Shown here: positions 1-11,900 of the stretch, in pieces
Numbering within the stretch: the first letter of the stretch is position 1
Layout: every line of letters starts with the position of its first letter
From: Somniosus microcephalus
Lineage: Eukaryota
NCBI GenBank assembly: GCA_052327205.1
Contig: JBMRGM010000040.1
Location: forward strand, 44,516,001-44,580,000
Length of the DNA: 64,000 nucleotides
Direction of reading: 5' to 3'
Notes under the pieces: generated by a model
What the model was told of the DNA's origin: nothing
The model's database searches: none
Seen by the model: the letters and a program-made list of their open reading frames with translations, nothing else
Program-made: the position numbers and the translations under genes

Positions 1-279
1 TGCACATCTACCCCATTTAGACTTTTATTTTCCAAGGAATAGCTAGGGTCCTGATTCCTGCCATCAAAATGCACCACCTCAGACTTACCCATATTGAAAT
101 TAATTTGTAATTTACATGCCCATTCTGCAAGTATATTTACTGTAAAATTAATTAAAAGCTTTTAGTTCGTCATATACAAACTCTATTTTAATAAGTACTT
201 GGCCGAATTGACTGGGATATAAAAGAGCTACAGAAAATACATTAACACTTCAGAAACGTCACTCAGTTACGCATCGACA
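1..279. repeat. Diverged duplicate (copy 1) of 34987-35265: minus-strand CR1 fragment plus non-TE AT-rich flank
   Basis: Collinear similarity with the same CR1/unique junction. Shared strings include aattaattaaaagctttta, gggatataaaaga and ttaacacttcagaaacgtcactcagttac. Confidence 0.85.
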
Positions 280-329
280 AAAAGTTTGTGTTTATAGAAT
301 GAATACAATGCTTTGCACGTGTGTCAGTT

Positions 330-1597
330 GCAAATAGTGTTGAACCGTTGTACTTCAGACTGGAGGGAAGCATAGCGTGGTGTTCCACAGGGATCGGTAT
401 TAGGACCACTGCTCTATTTTATGAATTAATGACCTGGATTTGGTATACTGGGCATATTTTCAAGCACTACATATGAAAGGAAACTCAGAAATGTGGTAAA
501 CAATGAGATGGAACATAACAGACTTCTGTAATATATGTACCTTTAAGGGGAGAACTACTTTTTACAGCTCCTGTATACTTTATTAACGGCAGTGACCACA
601 CCTGTATATAAACCCTGAGCAGTGAACTGTACATTTAGTTCTAGAGTGACCCTCATTCAGTTAACACCTGTTGAATCGTTCCCTGCAGTCTGTTGTCTGA
701 TTATTGAAGGACACAACATTAAGATACACGGATCTAACAACTTCATGCGGACATATACAGCTTGGTGAAATGGTCAAAGACATAGCAGGTGTAATTTAAC
801 ACAGAAATGTGTGAAGTGATCCATTTTGGTAGGAAGAATGAGGTAAGGCAACATAACCTAAATGCTACAATTTTAATTGCGGTGCAGGAACAATGAGACC
901 TCGGGGTGTGTTTATCTATCTTTGAAGGTGGCGGGACAAGTTGAGAAGGCTGTGAATAATCATACGGGTTCCTTGGCTTTAATAATAGATGCATAGAGTA
1001 TAACAGCAAGGAGGTAATGCTGAGCCTTTATACATCACTGGTAAGGCCTCAGATGGAGGATTCTGGGCACAACATTTTAGGAAGGATGAGAAGGCGTTAG
1101 AGAGTGTGCTGGGGACATTTACAAGAATGGTTCTAGGGATGACGGACTTCAGTTTTGGGAATAGACTGGAGAAGCTGGAGTTGTTCACCTTGGAGCAGAG
1201 AAGATTGCGAGGAGAGCTAAAGAGTTGTTCGAAATCATGAGGGGTCTGGACAGAGTAGACAGAGAGAATTTGATGACATTTGCGGAAGGGCGGAGAACCA
1301 GAGGACACAGATTTAAGCTGATTGGTGGAAGGTCCAAAGGCAACATGCAGAAAAATCGTTACGAAGCGAGTGGTTAGGAACTGGAATGCACTGCCTGACA
1401 AAGCGGTGGATGCAGGTTCAATAGTGGATTTCGAAAGGGAATTGGATCAGTGCCTGAAGGATAAAAGATTGCAGGGCTACGGGGAAAGGGCGGGGTAGTG
1501 GGACTAGCTGAAGAGTTCCTGCAGAGAGCAGGCATGTGCTCGATGGGCCGGATGGCCTCTTTCTGTGTTGTAACCATTCAATGATTCTATGATTCTA
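330..1597 (+). mobile_element. Decayed 5'-truncated CR1 LINE (RT C-terminal part and 3' UTR), interrupted by a solo LTR
   Basis: GVPQGSVLGP-like coding (ggtgttccacagggatcggtattaggacca), KCEVIHFGRKN-like region, and a (ATTCTATG)n-type tail near 1580-1597. Many stops and frameshifts. Confidence 0.85.
527..739 (+). mobile_element. Solo LTR (213 bp)
   Basis: TGT...ACA termini and a 5-bp TSD ACTTC (522-526 / 740-744). Internal TATATAAA. The host CR1 rejoins across it. Confidence 0.8.
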
Positions 1598-1789
1598 AAT
1601 TCAGTGTAAAAAATGGGATATGGTTTAACAGTTAACAGATTATTGAAGTAGTGACTCTCCCTCAGTTAGCATTACCTTCGCCCTGCAAAATAAGTTTATT
1701 GGTTAATTAATGATGCATTCCCGTGTAACCAACATAAAAGTTTATAAACAATCATAAGTCTCACGTGAATCTCGAACCACGTCACTGAA

Positions 1790-2985
1790 ATTAAGAATCG
1801 CTCCGCATTGCCGACTGAATAAGCTGGATCTGTTAAAGGTGCATCGCCTTGTTGGAATGCTGATGGTTGCAGATTCAGTGATGGTAATGCCATTGAATAT
1901 TAAGCGGCGGTAGTTAGATTCTCGCTTGTTGGAGATAGACAATGCCTGGCACTTGAGTGGCACGAATGTTACTTGCCACTTATCAGCCCAAGCCTGAATG
2001 TCATCCAGGTCTTGTTGCTTGTGGGAATGGATTTCTCCATTATATAAGGAGTTGCGAATGGAACTGACCACGGTGCAGTCATCAGCGAACATCTCAACTT
2101 CTAACTTATAGTGGAGGGAATATCATTGATGAAGCAACTGAAGATGGTTTGGATTAGGACACTGCCCTGAGAAACTCGTACAGCGATTTTCAGGGGCTGA
2201 GATGATTGACCTCCACAAGCGACAAACATCTTCCCTTGTGATAGTTATGACTCCAGCCAGTGGAGAGTTTCCCCCCGAAAGCCCCCCAACCCCCCCGAAA
2301 CCCCTCAACCCCCACGACTCCCATTGAATTCAATGTTACGAGGGATCCTTGATGCCACTCTCGGTTAAATGCTGATTGATGTCAAGGGCAGAAACTCTAA
2401 AATGATCTCTGGATTCCAGCTCTTTTGTCCATGTTTGGGCCAAGGCTGTAATGAGGTCTGGAGCTGAGTGGTCTTGCCGGAACCCAAACTGAGCATCGGT
2501 GAGTAGGTTATTGGGGAATAAGTACTGCTTGATAGCAATGTTGATGACACCTTCCATCACTTTGCTGATGATGGACAAGAGATTAATGGGGCGGTAATTG
2601 TCTGGATTGGATTTGTCCAGCATTTTGTTGACAGAACATAGCTGAGCAGCTTTCCACATTGTCGGATAGATGCCAGTGCTGTAGCTCTACTGGAACAGCT
2701 TGGCTAGAGGCGCGGCTACTTCTGGAGCACAAGTCTTCAGCACGACAGCCGGGATGTTGTCAGGACCCATTAGCCTTTGCTCTATCCAGTTTGCTCTGTC
2801 GTCACTTGCTATCACACAGAGTGAATCGAATTTGCTGGAGATTGGCTTCTGTGATGGTAATGACATCAGGAGGAGGCCGAGCTGGATCATCCTCTGCTCT
2901 TCTGGCTTAATGTGTTTTTAAGCACTTCAGCCTGGGCTTTTGCACTCACGTGCAGAGCTCCACCATCATTGAGGATGCGGATAGA
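1790..2985 (-). mobile_element. Decayed non-LTR retrotransposon RT fragment (CR1/L2/Jockey group, distinct from the dominant CR1)
   Basis: ORF pieces GPDNIPAVVLKTCAPEVAAPLAKLFQ, NYRPINLLSIISKVMEG...QFGFR and MFADDCTV. Confidence 0.85.
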
Positions 2986-3240
2986 GTAGCCAGACATTGC
3001 TCTAAACCTTTCTCACTCATTCCCCAGGAGCATGCACAGAAACGCCTGATGCCCTCATTTGTTTAATGTAACAAGCAGACAAAAACACAGGTATTCATTC
3101 AAAATCGACCCGCAGGTGGCCACACACAGAATAAGCAGAACCAGAGAGAAATGCAGAACTGGGAATCACCGGGAAATAGACAAGAAATTTTGACAAGGAA
3201 GAAAGCACTTTGTGATCAGGAAATTGCCTGAACACTGAAA

Positions 3241-3443
3241 TGTTATCTTAATAAAATAATTACGAGTCTCCCAAGCAGTTGTAGTGGAGTGCGATTTATT
3301 CAGTCCTGACTCTGTTTCTCGTAGTACAGTACTTCAAGCATGGCCAACATGACGTCGGATCCCGCCCCCGGATATGACGTCAGCCGTCAACCAGCTGTCA
3401 ATCAAACCCCGTTGTCTTTACGACAGCTACGGTTATGCATACC
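3241..3443 (-). mobile_element. 3' LTR (~203 bp) of a Gypsy element, preceded by a polypurine tract
   Basis: On the minus strand, AAGGGGGAAGA (3444-3454) abuts the LTR, which contains AATAAA and ends in ...TAACA at 3241. The first base reads G rather than the expected T. Confidence 0.7.
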
Positions 3444-4807
3444 TCTTCCCCCTTCAATGAAGACATATCACAGTAACAACATAACATAACATAACACATA
3501 GAACACTTGTTAACATCATATAGAAACAGTCAGTGTAACTACACCGTTGAACTAATTGCAGGTAGATATAAACCTTACCCACACCCAGGAGTCCATTAAT
3601 TGTTTACAGTCTTATCAATCCCTGTCTACAGGCCAAGTTTAACTACAGGGCTTCTGGTGTGCTGTGAACTGCTTAGCTGAACGGTTGTTTGCTGAACCAC
3701 CCCAGTTGTATCCCTTAAGTTCATGTCTGTACCACACAGGTCCCTTGTCACATTATCACTACTATGTCCTTCGTCACTTTGTGGCATTTCCCTCATCTCG
3801 TCTCTTTGTGGCATTTTCCTCATCTCGTCATCCTCTCCGTCCTGAGCCTGACAGGTCTCTGTGGTTTTCAGTAGGTGCCTCCTGTTTCTGCGAAACACAT
3901 TGCCGTTCTCTGTCATGACACTGCATGACCTGGGGGCTACCTGTTGTAGATCGGTGGTTCTTTTAGGCCGTGACTCAGTCTCTTCAATGCGAACTATATC
4001 TTTCTCCTGTAGATGTACTAGTGTAGTGGCTGTGTGGTCATGAAATGTTTTTTGTTTCGGTTTTTGTTTCCGAGCCTTTTCTGCCCACACCTCATCTCTG
4101 TGGTCAGGTGTGACATAACTGGGAAGTCGTATACGGATTTTCCGACCCAGTAAGAGCTCAGCTGGAGATTGCCACTTGCTAGCGGGCCCGCCCAGTACGA
4201 CATCAGGGCCAAATATTGGTCAGTGTTGCTGTGTGCTGCTTTCTTTAATAGTCTTTTCACAATCTGTACCCCCTTCTCCGCTTTACCATTAGCCTGAGGG
4301 TAAGCGGACTGGAGGTTACATGATTAAATTCATACTCTGAAGCAAATGACTGAAACTCATGACTGGCATAAGGAGGGCCATTATCAGAGACCAGGGTTAG
4401 AGGGATGCCCTGCCTGGCAAAGAGAGACTTCAGGTGAGTTATCACAGCTCTTGATGTGGTACTGGACAAGAGAGCCATCTCTGGATAATTGTAATAATAA
4501 TCAATAACTAACAAATAGACTTGTCCTTCATAGTGAAATATATCAGTTCCGACCTTTTCCCAAGGTTGTGATGGGAGCTCTGTGGTAATGAGGGGCTTTT
4601 TTGTTTGCTTGTAGTGACACCACTGACATGCAGCACAGTCGCTAATCAACTGGTCAATATCAGAGATCATGTTTGGCCAGTAGAGTTCCTCACGTGCTCT
4701 CGTTTTTGACATTTCTGCACCCAGGTGCCCTTCATGTATCCTGTTGAGCATTTCTCGTCGCATAAAGTTGGGCACAACTATCGTGTCACACATAAGCAGT
4801 AGTCCAT
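3444..4807 (-). pseudogene. Gypsy/Ty3 pol, integrase region (frameshifted) and 3' untranslated region
   Basis: HEGHLG...CAAC zinc-binding motif, PWEKVGTDIF, LLVIDY and LVSDNGPPY core motifs, and an RRNRRHL C-terminal motif, spread over three frames. Confidence 0.92.
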
Positions 4808-5698
4808 ACAATATATATAAATGATCTGGATCAGGGAATTGGATGCAATATTTCCAAATTCGCTGACGACACTAAACTAGGAGGAGGGGTGGGCTCTGGT
4901 GAGGATGTAAGGAGGCTACAGTGCGATTTGGACAGGTTGGGGGAATGGGCGGATACGTGGCAGATGTACTATAATGTGGATAAATGCGAGGTTATCCACT
5001 TTGGGGGTAAAAACAGGAGGGTAGATTATTATCTAAATGGCAATAGATTGGGAGATGGGGAAGTGCAGAGGGACCTGGGTGTTCTTGTGCACCAGTCACT
5101 GAAGGAGAGCATGCAGGTGCAACAGGCGATTAAGAAGGCAAATGGTATGTTGGCCTTCATATCAAGCGGGTTCGAGTATAGGAATAGGGATACCTTACTA
5201 CAGCTGTACAAGGTGCTGGTGAGACCGCATCTGGAGTATTGTGTACAGTTTTGGTTGCCCCATCTGCGGAAGGATGTTCTTGCCATGGAAAGAGTGCAAC
5301 GGCGATTCACCAGGCTGATACCTGGAATGGCGGGAATGACCTACGAAGAGAGATTAAATAGTTTGGGCTTGTACTCACTGGAGTTTAGAAGATTGAGAGG
5401 GGATCTCATCGAAACATATAAAATTATGGCAGGCCTGAACAGGCTGAATTCAGAGAGAATGTTTCCAATGGCCGGGGAGCAGAGAACCAGGGGCCACAGT
5501 CTAAAAATAGCGGGCAAATCATTTAAAACAGAGATGAGGAAGAATTTCTTCACTCAAAGAGTGGTGAGCCTGTGGAATTCCCTGCCACAGAGGGCTGTGA
5601 AGGCTAATTCAATAAATATTTTCAAGAGAGAATTGGATATATTTCTGAAGGCTAAGGGGATTAAGGGTTACGGAGAAAAGGCGGGGACGGGGTACTGA
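4808..5698 (+). CDS. CR1 ORF2 C-terminal fragment (RT, FADD motif), stop-free but lacking its start
   Basis: The frame is open from TIYINDLD...SKFADDTKLGG into the listed 269-aa ORF. Confidence 0.9.
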   Translation, partial: TIYINDLDQGIGCNISKFADDTKLGGGVGSGEDVRRLQCDLDRLGEWADTWQMYYNVDKCEVIHFGGKNRRVDYYLNGNRLGDGEVQRDLGVLVHQSLKESMQVQQAIKKANGMLAFISSGFEYRNRDTLLQLYKVLVRPHLEYCVQFWLPHLRKDVLAMERVQRRFTRLIPGMAGMTYEERLNSLGLYSLEFRRLRGDLIETYKIMAGLNRLNSERMFPMAGEQRTRGHSLKIAGKSFKTEMRKNFFTQRVVSLWNSLPQRAVKANSINIFKRELDIFLKAKGIKGYGEKAGTGY

Positions 5699-5822
5699 AC
5701 TGGTAAGATCAGCTATGATCTCAGACGAAGCTCAGCCATGATCTCATTGAATGGCGGAGCAGGCTCGAAGGGACTAATGGCCTACTCCTGTTCCTATCTC
5801 TATGTTTCTATGTTTCTATGTT
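4808..5822 (+). mobile_element. Young 5'-truncated CR1 LINE inserted in Gypsy pol
   Basis: TSD TCCAT (4803-4807 / 5823-5827), (CTATGTTT)n tail and CR1 3' stem-loop region. Confidence 0.95.
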
Positions 5823-6160
5823 TCCATTGACCACGGAGAGCTCAGACTGAATGTGATAATATTGTTTACATGACCCTTTCTTCCAGCCCTCTTGAAGATT
5901 TCTCATTACTTTACTCAGGCCTGGGTACTTTGATGTCTCTGTGACTATCACTGATAGTTGTTCCTGTGTGGCGGGCAATGCTGCGTAGACCATATCCACA
6001 TGAACAGCCACATCCTCTTCTGATTCACTGTTTTGTGTGGCATAACATGCAGCCCTGGATAGTGTGTCTGCAATGAACATTTGTGTCCCTTGCACATATG
6101 TTAGCTCTAAATCGTAACGTTGAAGTCTCATCATTGGGCGTTGTATCCGTGGTGACATGT
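5823..6160 (-). pseudogene. Gypsy pol RNase H C-terminus and linker
   Basis: SPRIQR..MRLQRYDLELTYVQG...ADTLSRA. Joins in frame with the integrase part once the CR1 is removed. Confidence 0.9.
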
Positions 6161-8905
6161 CATAGAGTCATAGAGTAATACAGCACGGATAGAGGCCCTT
6201 CGGCCCATCGTGTCCGCGCCGGCCATCAAGCCCTATCTAATCTAATCCCATATTCCAGCATTTGGCCCGTAGCCTTGTATGCTATGGCATTTCAAGTGCA
6301 CATCCAAATGCTTCTTAAATGTTGTGAGGGTTTCTGCCTCCACAACCCTTTCAGGCAGTGAGTTCCAGACTCCAACCACCCTCTGTGTGAAAAAGTTCTT
6401 TCTCAAATCCCCTCTAAATCTCCCGCCCTTTACCTTGAATCTATGCCCCCTAGTTATTGACCCCTCTACTAAGGGAAAAAGCTCCTCAGCATCCATCCTA
6501 TCTATGCCCCTCATAATTTTGTACACCTCAATCATGTCCCCCCTCAGCCTCCTCAGCTCCAAGGAAAACAAACCCAATCTGCCCAGTCTCTCTTCATAGC
6601 TGAAGCGCTCCAGCCCTGGTAACATCCTGGTGAACCTCCTCTGCACCCTCTCTAACGCGATCACATCCTTCCTGTAGTGTGGCGACCAGAACTGCACACA
6701 GTATTCCAGCTGTGGCCTAACCAGTGTTTTATACAGCTCCATCATAACCTCCTTGCTCTTATATTCAATGCCTCGGCTAATGAAGGCAAGTATCCCATAT
6801 GCCTTTTTTACCACCTTATCCACCTGTTCCGCCGCCTTCAGGGATCTGTGTACTTGCACACCCAGATCCCTCTGACCCTCCGTCTTGCCTAGGGTCTTTC
6901 CATTCATTGTGTATTCCTTTGCCTTGTTAGTCCCCCCAAAGTGCATCACCTCGCACTTTTCCGGGTTAAATTCCATTTGCCACTGTTCCGCCCATCTGAC
7001 CAACCCATCTATATCGTCCTGCAGACTGAGGCTACCCTCCTCGCTATTTACCACCCTACCAATTTTTGTATCATCCGCGAACTTACTGATCATACCCTTT
7101 ACATTCATATCCAAGTCATTAATGTGGACCACAAACAGCAAGGGACCCAGCACCGATCCCTGTGGTACCCCACTGGCCACAGGCTTCCAGTCACAAAAAC
7201 AACCTTCGACCATCACCCTCTGCCTTCTGCCACTAAGCCAGTTCTGTATCCAATGTGCCAAGGCAGCCTGGATTCCATGGCCTCTTACCTTCTTGACCAG
7301 TCTCCTGTGCGGGACTTTATCGAAGGCCTTACTGAAATCCATGTATACCACATCCACTGCGTTACCCTCATCCACACACCTAGTCACCCCCTCAAAAAAT
7401 TCAATCAAATTAGTCAGACATGATCTTCCCTTGACAAAGCCATGTTGACTATCCCTGATTAATCCTTGCCTCTCCAAGTGGAGACAAATTTTGTCCCTCA
7501 GGATTTTTTCCAATAATTTTCCTACCACTGATGTTAGGCTCACTGGCCTGTAGTTCCCCGGTTTTTCCCTACTACCCTTCTTGAATAATGGTACTACATT
7601 AGCGATTCTCCAGTCCTCTGGCACATCCCCTGTGGCCAGAGAGGTCCTGAATATATGTGTTAGAGCCCCCGCAATCTCCTCCTTTGCCTCACACAGCAGC
7701 CTGGGATACATTTCATCCGGGCCTGGGGATTTATCCATTTTTAGGCCAGCTAAAACCGCCAATACATCCTCCCTCTCGATGTTAATATGTTCGAGCATAT
7801 CACAGTCCCCCCGCCCTATTTCTATGTCTACATCGTCCTTCTCCATAGTGAAAACAGATGCAAAAAATTCATTTAGAACCCCTCCTACATCTTCCGGCTC
7901 CACACACAGATTGCCACTTTTGTCCCTAATGGGCCCTATTTTTTCCCTAGTTATCCTCTTACCCTTAATATACTTATAAAACATCATCGGATTTTCCTTT
8001 ATTTTGCTCGCCAGTGTTATTTCATGGCCCCTCCTTGATCTCCTAATTTCTTTTTTAAGTATCCCCCTGCACTTTTTGTACTCCTCTAGGGCTTCCTCCG
8101 TCTTTAGACTTTTGTATCTACCAAAAGCCCTCCTTTTTTTCCTAATCCATTCTCGTATATCCCCTGACATCCAAGGTTCCCTGTGGTTTTTGGAACCACC
8201 CTTGACCTTTACGGGAACATGTTGCCATTGTATGATCTCAATCTCCCTTCTGAAAGCCTCCCATTGCTCCGATGCGGATTTTCCTACAAGTAGCTGATCC
8301 CAGTCCATTTTGGCCAGATCCTGCCTTATCCTATTAAAATCGGCCTTCCCCCAATTTAGAACCTTTATTTCCGGCCCATCCCTGTCCTTTTCCATGGCCA
8401 CCTTAAATCTTACCATATTATGGTCACTATCACCAAAGTGCTCACCTACAAGCACTTTTTCCACTTGGCCGGCCACATTCCCAAGAATTAGGTCCAGTAC
8501 CGCCCCCTCTCTTGTAGGACTTTCTACATGCTGGCTCAAAAAGCTCTCCTGGATGCACTTTAAGAATTCTACACCCTCTGAGCCTTTCACACTCTGACTA
8601 TCCCAGTTAATATTGGGGAAGTTGAAATCCCCCATTATTATTACCCTATTATTTGCACATTTCTCTGAGATTTGCCTACATATCTGTTCCTCTATCTCAC
8701 CCTGACTGTTTGGAGGCCTATAGTACACTCCCAGCAAAGTGCTTGCCCCCTTTTTGTTTTTAAGCTCCACCCATATGGCCTCATTAGAGGACCCTGCTAA
8801 TATATCATCCCTCCTTACTGCAGTAATTGTCTCCTTAATTAATATTGCGACACCCCCTCCTCTTATACCTCCCCCTCTGTCTCGCCTGAAGATTCTGTAC
8901 CCCGG
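6160..8905 (-). mobile_element. Young CR1 LINE, 5'-truncated within the endonuclease
   Basis: (ACTCTATG)n tail near 6160-6176 on the minus strand. The 5' end abuts the satellite. No TSD seen. Confidence 0.95.
6242..8905 (-). CDS. CR1 ORF2: partial AP endonuclease plus complete RT, stop-free for ~887 codons
   Basis: GDFN and SDH endonuclease motifs; YRPVSLTS, QHGF, DFSKAFD, GVPQGSVLGP and FADD RT motifs. The frame extends 45 codons upstream of the listed 842-aa ORF (PGYRIFRRDR...). Confidence 0.95.
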   Translation of the reverse strand, partial: PGYRIFRRDRGGGIRGGGVAILIKETITAVRRDDILAGSSNEAIWVELKNKKGASTLLGVYYRPPNSQGEIEEQICRQISEKCANNRVIIMGDFNFPNINWDSQSVKGSEGVEFLKCIQESFLSQHVESPTREGAVLDLILGNVAGQVEKVLVGEHFGDSDHNMVRFKVAMEKDRDGPEIKVLNWGKADFNRIRQDLAKMDWDQLLVGKSASEQWEAFRREIEIIQWQHVPVKVKGGSKNHREPWMSGDIREWIRKKRRAFGRYKSLKTEEALEEYKKCRGILKKEIRRSRRGHEITLASKIKENPMMFYKYIKGKRITREKIGPIRDKSGNLCVEPEDVGGVLNEFFASVFTMEKDDVDIEIGRGDCDMLEHINIEREDVLAVLAGLKMDKSPGPDEMYPRLLCEAKEEIAGALTHIFRTSLATGDVPEDWRIANVVPLFKKGSREKPGNYRPVSLTSVVGKLLEKILRDKICLHLERQGLIRDSQHGFVKGRSCLTNLIEFFEGVTRCVDEGNAVDVVYMDFSKAFDKVPHRRLVKKVRGHGIQAALAHWIQNWLSGRRQRVMVEGCFCDWKPVASGVPQGSVLGPLLFVVHINDLDMNVKGMISKFADDTKIGRVVNSEEGSLSLQDDIDGLVRWAEQWQMEFNPEKCEVMHFGGTNKAKEYTMNGKTLGKTEGQRDLGVQVHRSLKAAEQVDKVVKKAYGILAFISRGIEYKSKEVMMELYKTLVRPQLEYCVQFWSPHYRKDVIALERVQRRFTRMLPGLERFSYEERLGRLGLFSLELRRLRGDMIEVYKIMRGIDRMDAEELFPLVEGSITRGHRFKVKGGRFRGDLRKNFFTQRVVGVWNSLPERVVEAETLTTFKKHLDVHLKCHSIQGYGPNAGIWD

Positions 8906-11900
8906 GGTCAGGGGTCAGATTCTGTGTGTTCAGTCAGTTTATGGTCAGAGGTCAGGTTCTGTGTGTTCAGTCAGTTTATGGTCAGAGGACAGATTCTGTG
9001 TGTTCAGTCAGTTTATGGTCATGGGTCAGATTCTGTGTGTTCAGTCAGTTTATGGTCAGGGGTCATATTCTGTGCGTTCTGTCAGTTTATGGTCAGGGAT
9101 CAGATTCTTTGTGTTCAGTCAATTTATGATCAGGGTTCAGATTCTGTATGTTCAGTCAGTTTATGGTCAGGCGCCAGATTCTGTGTGTTCAGTCAGTTTA
9201 TGGTCAGTGGGTCAGATTCTCTGTGTTCAGTCAATTTGTGGTCGGGGGTCAGATTATGCATGTGCAGTCAGTTTATGGTCAGTGGTCAGGCTCTGTGTGT
9301 TCAGTCAGTTAATGGTCAGGGGAGAGGATTTTGCGTGTTCGGTCAGATTATGGGCAGGGGTCAGATTATGTGTGTTCTGTCAGTTTATGGTCAGGTGGTC
9401 AGATTCTGTGTGTTCAGTCAATTTATGGTCATGGGTTAGATTATGTGTGCAGTCAGTTTATGGGCAGTGGTCAGATTCTGTCTGTTCAGTTAATTTATGG
9501 TCACTTGGTCAGATTATGTGCATTCAGTCAGTTTATGAACAGGAGTCAGATTCTGTGTGTTCAGTCAGTTTATGGTCAGTGGTCAGATTCTGTGTGTTCA
9601 GTAAGTTTATGATCAGTGGATCAGATTCTTTGTGTTCAGTCAGTTTATGGTCAGGGGTCAGATTCTGTGTGCTCCGTTAGTTGATGGTCAGTGGTCAGAT
9701 TCCGTGTGTTCAGTCAGTTTATGTTCAGGGGTCAGATTCTGTGTGTTCAGTCAGTTTATGGTCAGGGATCAGATTCTGTGTGTTCAGTCAGTTTATGGTC
9801 AGGGATCAGATTCTGTGTGTTCAGTCAGTTTATGGTCAGGGGATCAGATTCTGTGTGTTCAGTTAGTTGATGGTCAGTGGTCAGATTCCGTGTGTTCAGT
9901 CAGTTTATGTTCAGGGGTCAGCTTCTGTGTGTTCAGACAGTTTATGATCAGGGGTCAGATTCTGTGTGTTCAGTCAGTTTATGGTCAGGGATCAGATTCT
10001 GTGTGTTCAGTCAGTTTATGGTCAGGGATCAGATTCTGTGTGTTCAGTCAGTTTATGGTCAGGGGATCAGATTCTGTGTGTTCAGTTAGTTGATGGTCAG
10101 TGGTCAGATTCCGTGTGTTCAGTCAGTTTATGGTCAGGGGTCAGCTTCTGTGTGTTCAGTCAGTTTATAATCAGGGGTCAGATTCTGTGTGTTCAGTCAG
10201 TAAATGCTCAGGGGTCAGATTCTCTATGTTCAGAAAGTTTATGGTCAGGGGTGTGATTCTGTGTGATCAGTCGGTTTGTGGTCAGTGGGTCCGATTCGGT
10301 GTGTTCAGTCAGTTTATGATCAGGAGTCAGATTCTGTGTCTTCAGTCAGTTTATGGCCAGTGTTCAGATTCTGTGTGTTCAGTAAGTTTATGATCAGTGG
10401 ATCAGATTCTTTGTGTTCAGTCAGTTTATGGTCAGGGGTCAGATTCTGTGTGCTCAGTTAGTTGATGGTCAGTGGTCAGATTCCGTGTGTTCAGTCAGTT
10501 TATGGTCAGGGGTCAGCTTCTGTGTGTTCAGTCAGTTTATGATCAGGGGTCAGATTCTGTGTGTTCAGTCAGTTTATGGTCAGGGTTTAGATCCTGTGTG
10601 TTCTGTCAGTTTATGGTGTGGTGGTCAGATTCAGTGTGTTCAGTCACCTTATGGCCAGGACGTCAGATTTTCTGTGTACAGTCAGTTTATGGTCAGGGCG
10701 TCAGATTCTTTGTGTTAGCTCATTTTAAGTTCAGGGGGGCAGATTCTGTGTGTTCAGTCAGATTATGGTCAGGGATTTTGATTCTGTGTGTTCTGTCAGT
10801 TTATGGTCAGAGGGTCAGATTCTGTGTGTTCATTCAGTTTATGGTCACGGGTTCAGATTCTGTGTGTTCAATCAGCTTATCGTCAGGTATCAGATTCTTT
10901 ATGTTCAATCAGTTTATGGTCAGGAGTCAGATTCTGTGTGTTCAGACAGATTATGGCCAGTGTCAGATTCGGTGTGTTCAGTCAGTTTATGGTCAGGGGT
11001 CAGATTCTGTGTGTTCAGTCAGTTTATGGTCAGTGTGTCAGATTTTGTGTGTTCAGTCAGTTAATGGTCAGGGGTCAGATTCTGTGGGTTCAGACAATTT
11101 ATAGTCAGGGGTGTGATTCTGTGTGATCAGTCAGTTTGTGGTCAGTGAGTCTGATTCTGTGTGTTCAGTCAGTTTATGGTCAGGGGTCAGATTCTGTGTG
11201 TTCAGACAGTTTATGGCCGGGGTCAGATTCGGTGTGTTCAGTGAGTTTATGGTCAGGGGTCAGATTCGGTGTGTTCAGTCAGCTTATGTTATGTGGGTCA
11301 GATAATGTGTGTTCAGTCAGTTTAAGGTCTGTGGGGCAGATTCTGTGTATTCAGTCAGTTGATGTTCAGTGTGTCATATTTTGTGTGCACAGTCAGTTTA
11401 TGGTCAGGAGGTCAGATTCTGAGTGTTCTGTCAGATTATAGTCGAGGGGTAAGATTCTGTGTGTTCAGTCAATTTATGGTCAGTGGGTCAGATTCTGTGT
11501 GTTCAGTCAGATTATGGTCAGGCGTCAGATTCTGTCGGTTCAGATAGTTTATGGTCACTTGGTCAGATTCTGTGCGTACAGTCAGTTTATGATCAGGGGT
11601 CAGATTATGTGTGTTCAGTCAGTTTATGGACAGTGGCCAGATTCTGTGTGTTCAGTCAGTTTATGGTCAGTGGTCAGATTCTGTGTGTGCAGTCAGTTTA
11701 TGGTCAGTGGGTCAGATTCTCTGGGTTCAGTCAGTTTATGGTCAGGGTTCAGATTCTGTGTGTTCAGTTAGTTGATGGTCAGGGGTCAGATTCAGTGTGT
11801 TCTCTCAGTTTATGGTCAGTCGGTCAGGTTCTGTGTGTTCAATCAGTATATGGTCAGAGATCAGATTCTGTGTGTTCAGTCAGTTTAAGGTCAGGGGTCA

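Noticed and set aside
6279-8597. Plus-strand ORFs of 70-190 aa
   Set aside because: They are antisense shadows of CR1 ORF2.
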